Assembly: GCF_026571515.1 (NCBI RefSeq)
Contig: NW_026856417.1
Location: forward strand, 1 to 64,000
Origin: Ruditapes philippinarum
Taxonomy: Eukaryota
DNA length: 64,000 bases
Direction: 5' to 3'
Part shown: positions 25,390 through 38,645 of the stretch, one piece after another
How positions within the stretch are numbered: the first letter of the stretch is position 1
How the letters are laid out: every line of letters begins with the position of its first letter
Notes under the pieces: model-generated
What the model was told of the DNA's origin: nothing
Database searches by the model: none
Seen by the model: only the letters and a program-made list of their open reading frames with translations
Position numbers and translations under genes: made by a program

Positions 25390-27590
25390 ATGGCAGTGTC
25401 GGTTAACCTTGAATAAATGGAATACGATCTCTTATTACAGAGATTGGGTCGCACAAACTTATAGTCATATTACATGCTTTCTTAGCACCAATTTATGTTG
25501 CGTATCAATGACCAAAGGAGTCAATGTAAAGTACAATATTTCGAGCTTTAAAAACTACTGTTTACAGCAGGACCGTTTTTTACGACGCTGACACAAGTAT
25601 CGCAATAGCATTATGTGGATGAACGTGCAACAGGAACACACTGTCAGGCTATTAACTATTTCAATCTTTATCACGCCTGTGAACTTATTCCGGACAATGA
25701 TGGTGCGCTGTTTGAAAGACTCCATCATGTATCTTCGTTCATGAAGCTGACATGGACCTAAGTAATGTACTTTAATGAGCATAAATATCTCAAAAATATG
25801 ATGAGTTCATGAAGGTAATTTAAAGCTGAAATATCGTTTTAAACGTACAAAATATGTTTAATATGGTACACTTGATGAATTGAAATTTTATGATTTGATT
25901 TAAACGCCTGTTTTTTTTTCTAGTATGAATTATACGAATCGTTTGTAATAACCAATTTGATCAAGATCTATTTCTAAGTGATGTTATATTACCAAAAGGT
26001 TAATGACAAATGTTCTTGTAACCCTAGGGAGTCATGTGATATCGAAACTGATGTCTCATGTGCGATAAAAAGGTAAATACTATTTTCATATCTTGTTCTT
26101 CTGTTGTGATGTTTTGGGGTTTTTAAAATAACTGTTTTTTTTGCAGACGGGAAAGAAGTACACAAACTAATTACCCTTTCTATAATATTATTGTACGTAT
26201 ATTGAAAAAGTTACATTACTCTACATTTTTTGTATATTTTCGTAAATAGTCTTGTCCCATGTCAATTCACGAGAACATAAAGCTTTACAATAACACATTG
26301 GATACATAATTAAATGTGATTAACCGCTCGTTTGTTCTTGCTGGAAAGAGTGTGAAAGTTTTAGGATTCAAAATGGTCAAGTAAAAGGAAATGTGCAGTC
26401 CATAGGAACTTCAATGACATACGAGGGCAACCAAATGTTTATTGCAACATTTCAAGAATCAATCGCGACTAATCTTGCAAATGCCGAATGGTCATACGCT
26501 CCAGATTGTAAGAAAATGTTTACGTATCATTGCACTAGTATCTTTTATATATGTTGCAACATATCTCTTAGAAGAAAATTTAACAAAAATTCAAACATGC
26601 TTCAGTTTTTGGCCTAAATGATTAAAAACCGATTTTTCTTCGAACAATGGCCACATAGTACTTGTTTTTTTAGGATTATGTCACTTACATTCTTATATAT
26701 GAATAATTTACTAAATAATAATTATCAACATTCTAATATTTGATGTTTTTCTTCTTATTACATTGTACCTAATGTATAACAGGGATTAAGGGCAAAAAGT
26801 ATGTCAATTGCTTTTTGTTGAACTGTTTCCGTCCTTTCATCAATTTGTCTTTTGCGATTGCATAAAATCTATATTAGCAGTTTACGTTTTAAAACATACT
26901 TTACACAAGTCAAAGTCACTTTTACTTGAATCTTTCAAATTTTCTGTATTTAAGATACTAATGGGCATAACATTTGCAAGGGTTGTTTACTTGCGAGAGA
27001 TTGTCAAGATGTTCAAGCAGTTAACATGACAGCAGAAACAGGAGTGTTTGAGATTTAACCAACAGGAAGCAATGGCTTCATGGCTCGTTGTGACATGGAC
27101 ACGACAGCTGGCGGTTGGACGGTGTTTCAAAACATATAATTACATAGTGATTTTCTAAAGACCTGGGAAGTATAAGGAAAGGTTTGGTCAATTGAATGAC
27201 ACGTTTTGGTTAGGGAACGATAAGATATGGAAAGTTACACACAGTGAGCAGTAAAAGCTACGAGATTATCTCAAAGATCAACAGGGTATGCCAAAAACGA
27301 TTTATTTTAAATAGGAGCTGATACGACGAAATGTATTTATAATATCGCTGGGCATAGCGGAACACGGATAGTTTGATTGAGAGACACAACGGAATGAATT
27401 TCATTAATCATCACCATGATACTTCTATTAAGTATGATTGTGCAGAATATTATAAATGAGGCTGGTGGTATTGCGACTGTCAGTCACCGAATATAAATGG
27501 GTCATATGGAGATTATCGGTTGAAATTACGAAATGACTTGGAAAGATTGGAGAAATCCATGCGTGTTTATTAGACTTACGAACCATAATT
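25390..27590 (+). pseudogene. FReD paralogue B (pseudogene, same 4-exon layout)
   Basis: Frameshifted PAN exon ~25390-25762, 4-Cys exon ~25999-26072, CCP exon ~26349-26515 with lost Cys, and fibrinogen exon from 26955. In-frame TAA at 27056-27058 (Tyr codon in paralogues) plus further stops and indels. Confidence 0.92.
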
Positions 27591-28184
27591 GGGTGCAATA
27601 ATGTTATATTTAATACTTTTAATATGTTCTCGTTATATCTAATCAAACTTTGCTAACATAAATTATCATCAAACAGAAATTCCATTATGTTGTTGTTTTG
27701 TTTTTTCAATTAAAAATTCAATGTTAACCTATGTCATTTTTTTCAATCGTTTTAAAACAACCACACCAACAGAAAACAATGTATTTTTACACTTCAATCT
27801 ATTTGAGATAGACACTTCCATAGAACTATCGATTATTTTATTAATTTAAGGACATTTATTTTACAGTCATCTTAGTTATGAGTAGTTATTCAATCCGGAA
27901 GTTTAAAATATAAAAGTAAAAATCAATAAGAGTCAGCGCCGTTCACTATGATAGCCCAAAGCACACGACTACCTCATGTTTACTGATATATTCTGAAGAA
28001 AATAAAGAATGTCAGAATATTCAAATCCAAACACTTATTATAAATAATAACTACATGTATATAATTGTTCGATGCTGAAGATTAACACCAATGTTCAAAG
28101 CTTTTTTGTGAAGAAACTCACAGACGAGTTATTAAAAAAAACCATCTATAAACCCTGTACTTAGTTACACCCGTCTGAATATTA

Positions 28185-28460
28185 CGCGACACCGGTAAAA
28201 ACAACACACGACCATGCCACTCAGAAATCCCCTGCTTTGGTAAGGACTTTGAGCCTTATATTGCTGTAAAGAAGACCCTCAAAACTAATGGAAAACCAAA
28301 TCATAAACAGAATCAGACTAAAAGTGTTTCGTATTTTATTTAATATACCCTTTACATACATAACCCTAGAAAACAACATGTCATGCGAAAATATCCCGGC
28401 CATTTTGCTTTGGTTATTGCTTCGGGCCTGATAATGCTTTGAAGAAGATCTTACAAAATA
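28185..28460 (+). repeat. Isolated degenerate copy of the ~200-bp satellite monomer
   Basis: ACCGG...GACCATGCCACTCAGAAATCCCCTG...AAAGAAGACCCTC and CATGCGAAAATATCCCGG match the edge monomers at 4700-5900. Confidence 0.7.
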
Positions 28461-28559
28461 AAGGGAAAATGAGGATCCCTGGTTTGAGTACAAGTCAGGT
28501 TGCACCTTTTCTCTCCCTAAATGACAATTGCAATGATTGTGATGTCATCCTGCTGCTGT

Positions 28560-29050
28560 TTCTCAAACATGATGATAGTGGTCCTTATTATTGTAAACTA
28601 TTAGGCTGATGATTAAAGAATTGATGAGAAACTACACTTATTTTGATGGTGGTGATGATGATGATGTTGATAATGATGATGATGATAACGATGATCACAC
28701 TGTTGATTTTGCTGGTATTCCTCATAATCATGATCATGCTGTTACTCTTCATTTAATAATTGAAGAAAAAAATGTTATTGATGATGATGATTCAATGATT
28801 GTGATGATGATGATTATGATATTGATGATGGTTGGCATACTTTTGCATCTAATACTGATGATTATTTTCTTAATAATTGAAATAGTCATGTTGCTGATGA
28901 TTCTGATAATAAGTAATAGTATGTTGATTGCTTTAATGAGGATGGTGCTATTGAAGATGATAATGATGAATGTGAGGGTAAGAAGAAGCATATTGATTGG
29001 TATGCTGCTGCTGCTGATGATAATAATGATATGTTGATATCCTTTGAATG
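28560..29050. repeat. Degenerate (GAT)n microsatellite
   Basis: Low-complexity GAT/AAT/GCT repeats. Confidence 0.9.
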
Positions 29051-31460
29051 ATTTTCTTTAGTTTACTGCAGTAAATTAAAATGATCTGGAATCAAATTCT
29101 AAATATTTGTTTACGATAAAATATAATAATTGCTGTACTCTAGTCAGTGTGTGTTGTTTAAGTCAGCTACATTTCTAATAAAGGTGCTCTTGGTAGGGTA
29201 AATTTCTACTTGATATTTCCTATTTAAAGAAAAGCAATGTTGAGGTGAATATATGTGTGTCACAAATTTAAATGATTTAATATTTATAAGACCCAGTTTA
29301 ACTCTATCTAGGTACATTTATGATCTATTAATCAAAGATGCAAGTATCTGACAATAACAAATAAAGACAAAGGTATATCTAGAAAGGACCATGTGCATCA
29401 GTTTTAATTTCAATGATGTTCTATAATTCAAAGATTAATTAAACATTAAAGAAATGACATGGCTACGCCCGTTATGAATTATTACGGGAACGCGGCAAGG
29501 CACCGAGGAAAATTTCAAGAACAAAGAGAGAAGAGCGACACCAAGGAAGACCCCCGTTCACACATTGCATTGTTTAAATTAACAATTTAGTAATTAAAGT
29601 TGAACAACCTGAAGGATTTCTTACATACCAACATAAAACAGGTAATTAGGTAAATAATTTTCCTTTTATCCTAGACTAAAATTTTGTTTTTTGTTTTTGG
29701 GGTTACAGTGAACACTTATGCACTTATTGGTGAAATGAACGAATTTCCATTTTACTGCATGAAGGAAGAGCAAAAAATGCCCTTAAAAGAAATTTAATAA
29801 ATTTAGGCAACGAATTTAAAGGGAATGTAAAACAGACGTTTGCAAGTTAGCTGCATAGCTTCAGTCACAATAAAAAGGGAATTGAAAGTCTTCAGTCGGG
29901 AATTGAATCCCATAGCGAGAGGGCAAAGTTGGTTTGGAAAGTCAAGTACCATCAGCTCAGCATCGCCCTGAAGCAGAAATTAACTTAAAGAAGATGAAAT
30001 TTTGTTTTGATCAGCTGTTCTTTATTGGAAATATATTCTCAGTGAGTAATATTTTGTTGAACGACTTGCAACCGCTATATGAACACATCTGCTGATGTTT
30101 CAAAATTTGCCAGTTCAATGTTAAATGTTTAATTCTGCTTAAGCCGGTGCTCGGAGGCGTGAACGGTAGCATGCAATTACCACTACCACCCTTAAACAGG
30201 CTCAATCAATCCAAGTCTGTGACATTTTCAATTTTGCCGTGTTGTGCTTTCTTTAGGAATTCTGCTTTTCTCTTTTTGCTGAAAGAACAGATGCAAACGT
30301 TATGCACTTGCATTGGAATGAAAAGAAAAAAACAAGATAAAACCATTATTTTACTTGCATACAATATCATTGGCAAAAGAGTAGACGAAAAATACATTCA
30401 AAAGAAGATTTAATAAAAAGCTTAATTTGATAGATAGATAGATATATAGATTTATTTCGGCATAAAGGTAAACATGTTACATGATAAACAAACACAATAT
30501 AGATTAAAACAATTACAAATAAATAAATAAATAAATAAATGAATAAATACTATATTATGTAAAGGATTTTACTTTTAATTTATAAAGAGATGTAAACAAG
30601 ATGTATTTACTTAGTATTTTAGATCAATTTAAAGTTCTTTAGAGTCTTACATAATGACGGTTCAAAATGAGGAATTTGAAATCTTCTTAAGATAGAGAGA
30701 ATTAAAGAATCCCATAAGAGCGTACAAAACGATAAAATTGTAAAAGTTGCAGGCTCGGTAATGGAAAGTGCAATTTACCATCCATGCCTGCAAGCATCGA
30801 CTGAAGCAGAATTCAACATTAATCATGGTAATGATGAAACTTTGAATTTAGAAACATCCGCAGTTATATGCATATGGTGGTTATCATGGAACCTTCAATG
30901 TGACACTTTCGTGCCATTCAATGAAAAGCGATGTATGGTCCCGAAAATAAGAAATTTCCTCACCTCTTAATTTTTCACAATTGCAGCAACTTAGAAATAA
31001 AAGGTATACTAGACTTCAGATTGCATACCTTTTTATCATACCATTACATGAAATTTCAAAAAGTTTGTAAAGAAAAGATTTATTGTCATATTTCAATTTC
31101 AAACATATTTTGTTCTGGTGCCAAGGGAATGTTCTAATCAGGACAATGCAATTTCATTCTCAGCTCTGCCTCTGTGTTCGTTATATGTTTTATTCATATA
31201 CACCTTATTACGTTAATGGCGTGGCTAAAAAATGAGGTTATAAAACATTGAAAAGTCATATGTTATTCAAAATATAAATTATTGATGAGAGTCTAGTTTT
31301 AGACAGGCTTGTTGAAAGTTCTTAATAGTGTCGTTGTAAGTGGATTATTGTTCAGTTTTCGGTCGGTTCAGAATTTGTTTTTTGGCAACTGCAAAGAATA
31401 CTGTGGTTTAGTACTACCAGCATAGTAACATTAACTTACATAAGAAGCCGTGCTGCAGGA

Positions 31461-34400
31461 ATGGGCTACTACAAAACGATCAAAACTATTTCTGTATTGT
31501 GTTTTTCGTTTGTAACTATTACATTAAGCATTTTCACAAATGACGAACTAAAAGTTAAGTTCAGAATTTCGAGTATGAAATTTTGTTTAAAATCTGACGA
31601 TATTTTGACGACGTTGACACAGGTTTCGCTATCGCAGTGTGTAGATGAATGTGCAACAAGAACAGATTGTAAGGCTATTAACTATTTCAACCGACTTCAC
31701 ACATGTGAGCTTATCCCGGACGATGATGAGGAGCTATTTGAAAATGCCAGGAGAAATCGTGCATGTGTTTTCGTAAAAAAGACTGACATGGATGTAAGCG
31801 AGGTATGGATGTAAAGAAAATCGCACTTGTGGAATGTTCAGAATTGATTTCATTTTAATAATCAATAGATGTCTTTTTCTACTTCTATTAAATTAAATGC
31901 ATATTTATAAAATGACAGATAACATATTTAAAAACACAAATTATTTTGTTTATTTTGATATATTTATATTTTCATACAAATATCTAATATTTCTCAGAGG
32001 CGTGAGGCGTGGGGGAAGATGCACTTTTTCATTATCTATTACATACAGACTCTATCAAACCGAATTTTCACGAACTTTGATGTGATTAATGCTTCCTAGG
32101 GATCACTCTATAGCCATATTTTTATTCCGAAACGCCTTAGTCAAATATTTTTTGTTGTAAATGTTGGCCTACAAAGTTGTGTAGTACAATGCATGTCATT
32201 CATTTCATATAATTTCTTTCACTAGATAAATGACAAGTGTGCCTGTGACGCTGCGGAGACTTGTAATGTTGAACCCGATGCTTCATGTGCCATTAAAGGT
32301 AAATATTGATTCTTGATTTCTTGATTTATGGAGGATATGTTTCCAAATCAACGGTATTTGTATATTTTATTTGACAACACCACCAACGCAATGACAGGAA
32401 ATTTGGTCATTCATTACTGCCAAAAACTTTAACAGTGCTTTTATGAAAGTATTGTGTCTGGAAAATCGTTTTTCAAATACCCAACCCATCCATCATAATA
32501 CTAAACATAAATATACTAGCCTTCCACTTACGGGTTTTGAATTTGTGCGTTTAGCAATCCTTGATTTACTAGTCTTCAACGTTTACCGGGTGGCCACGCT
32601 AAATCTATATTCATGATTGTGTTAGATCGCACAGGTAAAATAATGACAACATTTTTCATCTTAAAATTAATATGGGAAAATACAGAAATTTGACCATATC
32701 TTACTTCTTTTTTGTAATTTCAAAATAAAATCTTATGAAACAGTGTCTCGCAATTTAACTACCATTGTTTAAATGAATCCATTTAGCTACATGTTAGGTG
32801 TATGTGTTTGCTTGTTTGGTTCTTTTTACGGCGAATCAACACAGTAAAGGTCATATAACGCCGGAACAGGAAAGATGATTTTGGCTAACCTCGTGTGTTA
32901 CAAACTTCAACACCAAGGGTCAAAACCACCTCAGCTGCTGAAGCTGTAGAAGTATAGACTCCAATTATTCAAACCCATTTTGTCGCCTCTTACGATCACA
33001 TAGGGATAAACTTAAGTTGCAATTCTTATGCCTCGAACATCGACGGCAACCCCTCAACCACAAAGGGAAAAGTGGTATGAAAAACACATTTAGAGTTACC
33101 TTTAGATTCTATATATTGTATATAGGTCATCAGGAATAGATAAATCATAAAAAAATCACAATAAAATTGTTGTACATGTAAAACAAGATCATGAACATAC
33201 AAAACAACGCTGGACATTAATTCAATTAATGTCTTTTAAACATTTCAACCAATAATAAATTGTTAATAATTTAAACAATATATTTCTACAAAGACGTTTA
33301 AGTCGGAATATACTCGTAAACAACAAATCTCGAAAGCAGTTATCATGTTTGAATCAACGAGCACATGCAAATGAATAATGTATGTAGATCTTATCAAAAT
33401 ATTATTGATTTAGTTTAAAAGGAACGCTAACTAAAAGCCTGCGTATTATTATCTCGTATTTTGAAACCATTCACTCTTTCTTGTTCATTTTTTAAAGTAC
33501 AATCCACAATGTATATGCCAATATGGAAATAAGTTTGATTCAAAATAAATTCAAACTATTAAATGAATTTAATAGTACATATTGCTTTCATATGTATACC
33601 TGACACTAAGTTAATGTTTCAGAAACCTTTTACGAGATAAAAAAGGGATACCGGTGGGTTTTGTAAACGTTTAACTTAATACGGTCTTTGTCAAATCTGG
33701 ATTAAAGGCTTAAAAATTTGCAAATGTCTCTTGTCGCTATCATATTCATCTTTCAAATTATAACCATTGTTCATATATATACTTTGACACTGTTATAAGT
33801 TAATGGCAAAACATGGCCATCGGGCATGCATATCTAAATCGAAGATAGCATACAATATATACAGTCGAACTCGCTTATAACGAATTATCGTTAATAACAA
33901 ACTAATTCTGAATTCCCCGGCCGATTCCTACTTTATTTTATATTAAATTCAATCACATTGCTTAGTTCGTTCTCTATTAAAACGAATTTTCGGCTATAGC
34001 GAATCATTTTTTCACGTCAAACCGGCGAAAAATACGTAAAATTCGTCGGTTAAAACAATCTGTTATAATTGAAATATGATGGTGCAACGATTAATTTTGA
34101 AATTGCTTATGGTTTAAATTCTATTGTATCATAGTTTGGAGACCTTTCTGTTGAAAATGTGTCAGGGTTAAATCGTATACATATACATGCACAGTGCGTT
34201 AACTGGAGTGCGGGTATTAGTTACCCGCACTCCAGAGCATGCCCATTGATTGGCTAATTTTTGCTGGGGTTTACATACTGTGACGACAGAGAAAGGGAAA
34301 GCGACAGAAATGTCATATTCAGATGTTCGTTCATTAGTTCATTTTTGCCGGGGTTTCATATTGTGACAACAGGGAACGTGCTTTTATGTTTGACTATGAT

Positions 34401-36251
34401 ACAAAAGAGAAAGAACACCAAACCACTCGGCAATCTGATTAATACTCGGGGGCTACGCCCCCTCGTACAAATCAGATAGCCTCGTGTTTCGGTGCTCTTT
34501 CTATTACTAAGCTTTTGGACGTTTGATGATTGAACGAATTGGAGTGTTCTATATATGATAAACTGAATGTGAAAGTTTCATTTATATATATGTTTTAAGA
34601 AAATAAACTTATTAGCTCATTAACTTATTATACGATCTTATTAGCATGGGAATACAATACATGTCCATAAACATGTACCTGTGTATATAAGTAAATGCAT
34701 GTATAAGAAAGAAAGTACTTACGATGATAGTATATTTGTATATTTTCGTCAGAGTTTAATTGTATGAAATAATTTATATATATAAATAAATAGAAATATG
34801 ACAAAAATAACTATAATGCAAGATTCCTAAATAATAAAAGATCATAATAAATATAAAAGTTTAATGGTAATAACTGTTGTCACTTTAGCAAATTAACTAT
34901 TAAGGTCAAATTTATAAACGTATTCTTGTATATTATTTATTATTAGTGAGTTGTTTTTTTTTCGTTTATATGGACTTAAAATTTTCTTTCAACAGAGTGT
35001 AAGAGTTTAAGAATACGTAATGGCAGAGTAAATAGAAATATGCGGTCCATAGGAGCCTCTGTAACATTCGGATGCAACCAAATGTACATTGCAACATTTC
35101 AGGCAACAGGAGCGACTTGTCTGGCAAACGGAACATGGTCTCACAAACTAGATTGTGAAGAAGGTTTAGTTTTATGTACTATATGTTTGAAATAACTACC
35201 TATACATATGAATGTGTTAGACGGCCGTAAAAAATTCAGAAAGAATTTAGATAAAACTGCTTGATAATTTGATAAGCGTCTGCAGCGACATTCATACAGA
35301 GGCATAAACTTCACTTCAACACGTCAATCAATGTTTCTTTTCTTTTTCATAATTTGTGAAAAATGTTTTCACAAACAAGTAAAAATGTGCCTTCATGTAT
35401 AATTACCTTACCTTTAAACATTTTTGCATATCATTGAAGATCCTCTATTTCGTAGATATAATGCAGTTTGTTTGTTTTGTTGTTTTGTTAAACAAGCACA
35501 TTTTTCACAGTGTGTCATTGTTGTTAAAACTTAGCATATTACAATATTCACACGTTCACAATTGATAAATGTCATATTGTTTTCAGATGCTGATGATAAT
35601 AGAACTTGTTGTACATTTCTTCCGGGAGATTGTCAGGATATACAAACTATAAACAAGGCAGCAGAAACTGGGGTGTTTAAAATTTATCCAACGGGAAGCG
35701 ATGGCTTCATGGTTCGTTGTGACATGGACACGCCACCTGGCGGGTGGACTGTGTTTCAGCACAGAGAATCAAATAGCGATTTCCTACAAAACTGGGAGGC
35801 ATATAAGGAAGGGTTTGGTCAGTTGGCTAATAATTTTTGGTTAGGGAATGATAAGATATCGAAACTTACAAGCAGTGGTCAGTACAAACTACGAGTTGAT
35901 CTCATAGATCAGGAAGGCTTAGAGGGATATGCGGAATACAGTTCATTTTCAATCGGAAATGAGGCGACAAAATATGTCTTGAATATCGCGGGGCATAATG
36001 GAACAGCATCGGACAGTTTAGTTGAGAAACATGACGGAATGATGTTCAGCACATTTGACCAAGACAACGACAAAGTAACTGGTAATTGTGCGAAAAGATT
36101 TGAAGGAGGTTGGTGGTATCGTGGCTGTCAGACATCGAATTTAAACGGACCATATGGGGATGGCGATTGTAATCACGGAATGACGTGGAAAAAATGGAGA
36201 CATCAATGTGTCTTTATGAAATTTACTGAAATGAAAATACGTCGGAAGTAG
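31461..36251 (+). CDS. FReD paralogue C: signal peptide-PAN-4Cys-CCP-fibrinogen C domain protein (415 aa)
   Basis: Exons 31461-31802, 32226-32298, 34996-35163 and 35587-36251 (1248 nt, GT-AG, same intron phases 0/1/1 as paralogue A). Confidence 0.95.
32800..32870 (-). mobile_element. SINE/LINE-type 3' tail fragment in intron 2 of paralogue C
   Basis: The reverse complement GGCGTTATATGACCTTTACTGTGTTGATTCGCCGTAAAAAGAACCAAACAAGCAAAC resembles the tail of the SINE at 38149-38429. Confidence 0.6.
33862..34070 (+). mobile_element. 5' fragment of a Tc1/pogo-like MITE
   Basis: TA followed by CAGTCGAACTCGCTTATAACGAA, with internal repeats of the TATAACGAA-like motif. No partner TIR found. Absent from the paralogous intron of D. 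Confidence 0.55.
34408..34502. mobile_element. ~95-bp hairpin (probable transposon terminus)
   Basis: AGAAAGAACACC...ATCTGATT...GGGGGC TAC GCCCCC...AATCAGAT...GGTGCTCTTTCT. Confidence 0.75.
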
Positions 36252-36779
36252 GATGGACATTTTTAACTGTCAAGCATTGTGTGTTTAAATTTGAAAATTA
36301 AGTTATTAAAGCTTCTATTTCTTTAAATAAAACTTTAATAAGTGTATGGAAAAGGTGCAGCATGGCATGATAAGGCCTGATACAAAGAAAGCATTGTTAT
36401 AAATTCTTAATTTTCTTACCTTAACCAATTCATCCGGGCAGCAAATGATAAAGTACTTCATTCAAATGTTGTTTGTATTCTAACATACTTATTAAGCAAG
36501 ATAAACAAACAATAAGGACAGACAAACCGCGCATTATTAAAAGACGATGCACTAAATAATCATTTATATTTCCATAATAGCATGTTCAAAAGATATAAAT
36601 TAAAGTAATACAAAATACACTAAAGATCTTATTCAATTTTATACATAATGCTATTGTAGAATGTTATATATGTATCTATGTCACCTTTCTTTTCTGGATT
36701 AAATACTTACTATATTATAGTATTTATTGTTAAGTAGATCATCAAACCTTTAATTGCATTCAATCTTAAATTTATTCTT

Positions 36780-37260
36780 TTTAACTTTAACTGGCGTTGT
36801 ATCCTTTCTGCTATTTATATTTAATCTCCTTCTACAAAGCGGAGAGGGTATTTTTAACTTACACTGGCGTTGTATCATTTCTGCTATAAATATTAAATCT
36901 TCTACAAAGCGGAGAGGGTTTTATTTTTAATTTTTACTGGAGTTGTATCCTTTCTGCTATTAATATTTTATCTCCTTCTACAAAGCGTAGAGGGTATTTT
37001 TAACTTATACTGGCGTTGTATCCTTTCCGCTATTAATATTTAATCTCCTTCTACAAAGCAGAGAGGGTATTTTTAACTTATACTGGCGTTGTATCCTTTC
37101 CACTATTAATATTTAATGTCCTTCTACAAAGCGGAGAGGGTATTTTTAACTTTCACTGGCGTTGTATCCTTTCTGCTATTAATATTTAATCTCCTTCTAC
37201 AAAACGGAGAGGGTATTTTTAACTTTTACTGGAGTTGTATCATTTCTGCAATTAATTTTT
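36780..37260. repeat. 73-bp tandem array (~6.5 copies) at the 5' junction of a helentron-like element
   Basis: CTGGCGTTGTATC occurs at 36791, 36864, 37010 and 37083 (period 73). Confidence 0.92.
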
Positions 37261-38645
37261 TATTCCCTTCCGCAAAGCGGGGAGGGGATCATAGGTATGG
37301 CCTGCGTCTGTCAGTCAGTCCGTCCGTTCGTCTGTCTGTCCGTAACACTTTTGCGTTTGCTTGTGTGTTTTTATCTATCTCGCGGCCACGGGATACTTAG
37401 TCTTGCGCACGAGATATTTAAGTTGTGCGCAAGAGTAACTATATCTTGGCTACGAGTTACTATTTTGTGCGCACAAATTAATAAAGTGGTACACATGAGA
37501 TAAAATGTTAGTCGTAGGAACGAGATAATTAAGTGATGCACACGAGATACTATGTCGCGGTCACGATTTACTAATTGGTGCGTTCGATATACTATGTCGT
37601 GGCCACAAGTTACTAAATCGGGGGAACGAGATAATTAAGTAGTGCCCACGATATACTTAGCCTGAACGACGAGTAACTAAGTCTCGTGTGCAAGAGATAA
37701 TCAAGTGGTGCACACGAGATATTATGACGTGGTCACTAGTAACTAAGTCGTGGTACCGAGATATTTATGTGGTGTGCACGAGATACAATGTCGTGGTCAC
37801 AAGTTTTAATTCGTACGTATGAGATAATTAAATGGTACGTACGCGATACTTTAAGCTTAATGCGTGTCTTCAGGGTCATATTAGGAGATCACTATCCAAG
37901 GCCCATAGATCAGACTTTAATTTTGACTTAGTTTGTTGAGACCATCCTCTGATAGGTTTGATCAGATTGAAAGTACTAACGGCCTGTTAACATGGTTCAT
38001 ACAAAGGAATTAGCCCTGGTTTATTTTATTTGGTAGGGACATTGCCCATGGTCAGTAGATGGCCTACATTAATGTTTGAGGTCATAGGTCAAAATCAATG
38101 TAACTGTGACACTTCATGTAAAATCATTGTCTGATAAATAACTTGAGAGGGACGTCCGTGGCCGAGTGGTTAATGTCGTTGACTTCAAATCACTTGCACC
38201 TCACCGCTGTGGGTTCGAATCCTGACAGGGACTTTGGAATCTTTTATGTGAGGAAGCTATCCAGCTAGCTTATGGAACGTCGATGGTTCTACTCAGGTGC
38301 CCGTTCGTGCCTGAAATAATGCACGGAAGGGCACCTGAGGTCTTTCTCCACCAGTAAAGCTGAATCGTCGCGATATGACCTATACTGTGTCGATGTGACG
38401 TAAAACCCAAAAACAAAAAAGAAACAAAGAATAACTTGAGAAGAAATAAGCTATAATTTATATAACCTAGTTAGTACATTGCACTTGATCAGTACAACTA
38501 AAAATTTTGAAGGCATTGGGTCACAAATCAGGTTTAAAATGATACTGAATATTAAATCATTGTCCAAACAATAACTTTTATGTATGGCAAAATAACATGC
38601 AGATGAAGTAGGGGCAGCATTGTCCTATGGCACATTTCAAGTTAA
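37256..38645 (+). mobile_element. Helentron/HINE (DINE-1-like) non-autonomous element with nested insertions
   Basis: T-run start, CCCTTCCGCAAAGCGGGGAGGG hairpin, (GTCC/GTCT)n microsatellite, GGTCA..GGTCA core repeats, and a 3' end ...GGGGCAGCATTGTCCTATGGCACATTTCAAGTT. Boundaries are approximate. Confidence 0.65.

Noticed and set aside
28609-29037. Asp-rich then hydrophobic ORF resembling a shell-matrix or membrane protein
   Set aside because: It is a frame-shifting (GAT)n low-complexity tract with no splice or domain support.
38149-38235. tRNA genes (also 60600-60682)
   Set aside because: The A/B boxes are followed by SINE bodies. The first has an A-rich tail, a TSD and a second copy, and no proper acceptor stem is evident.
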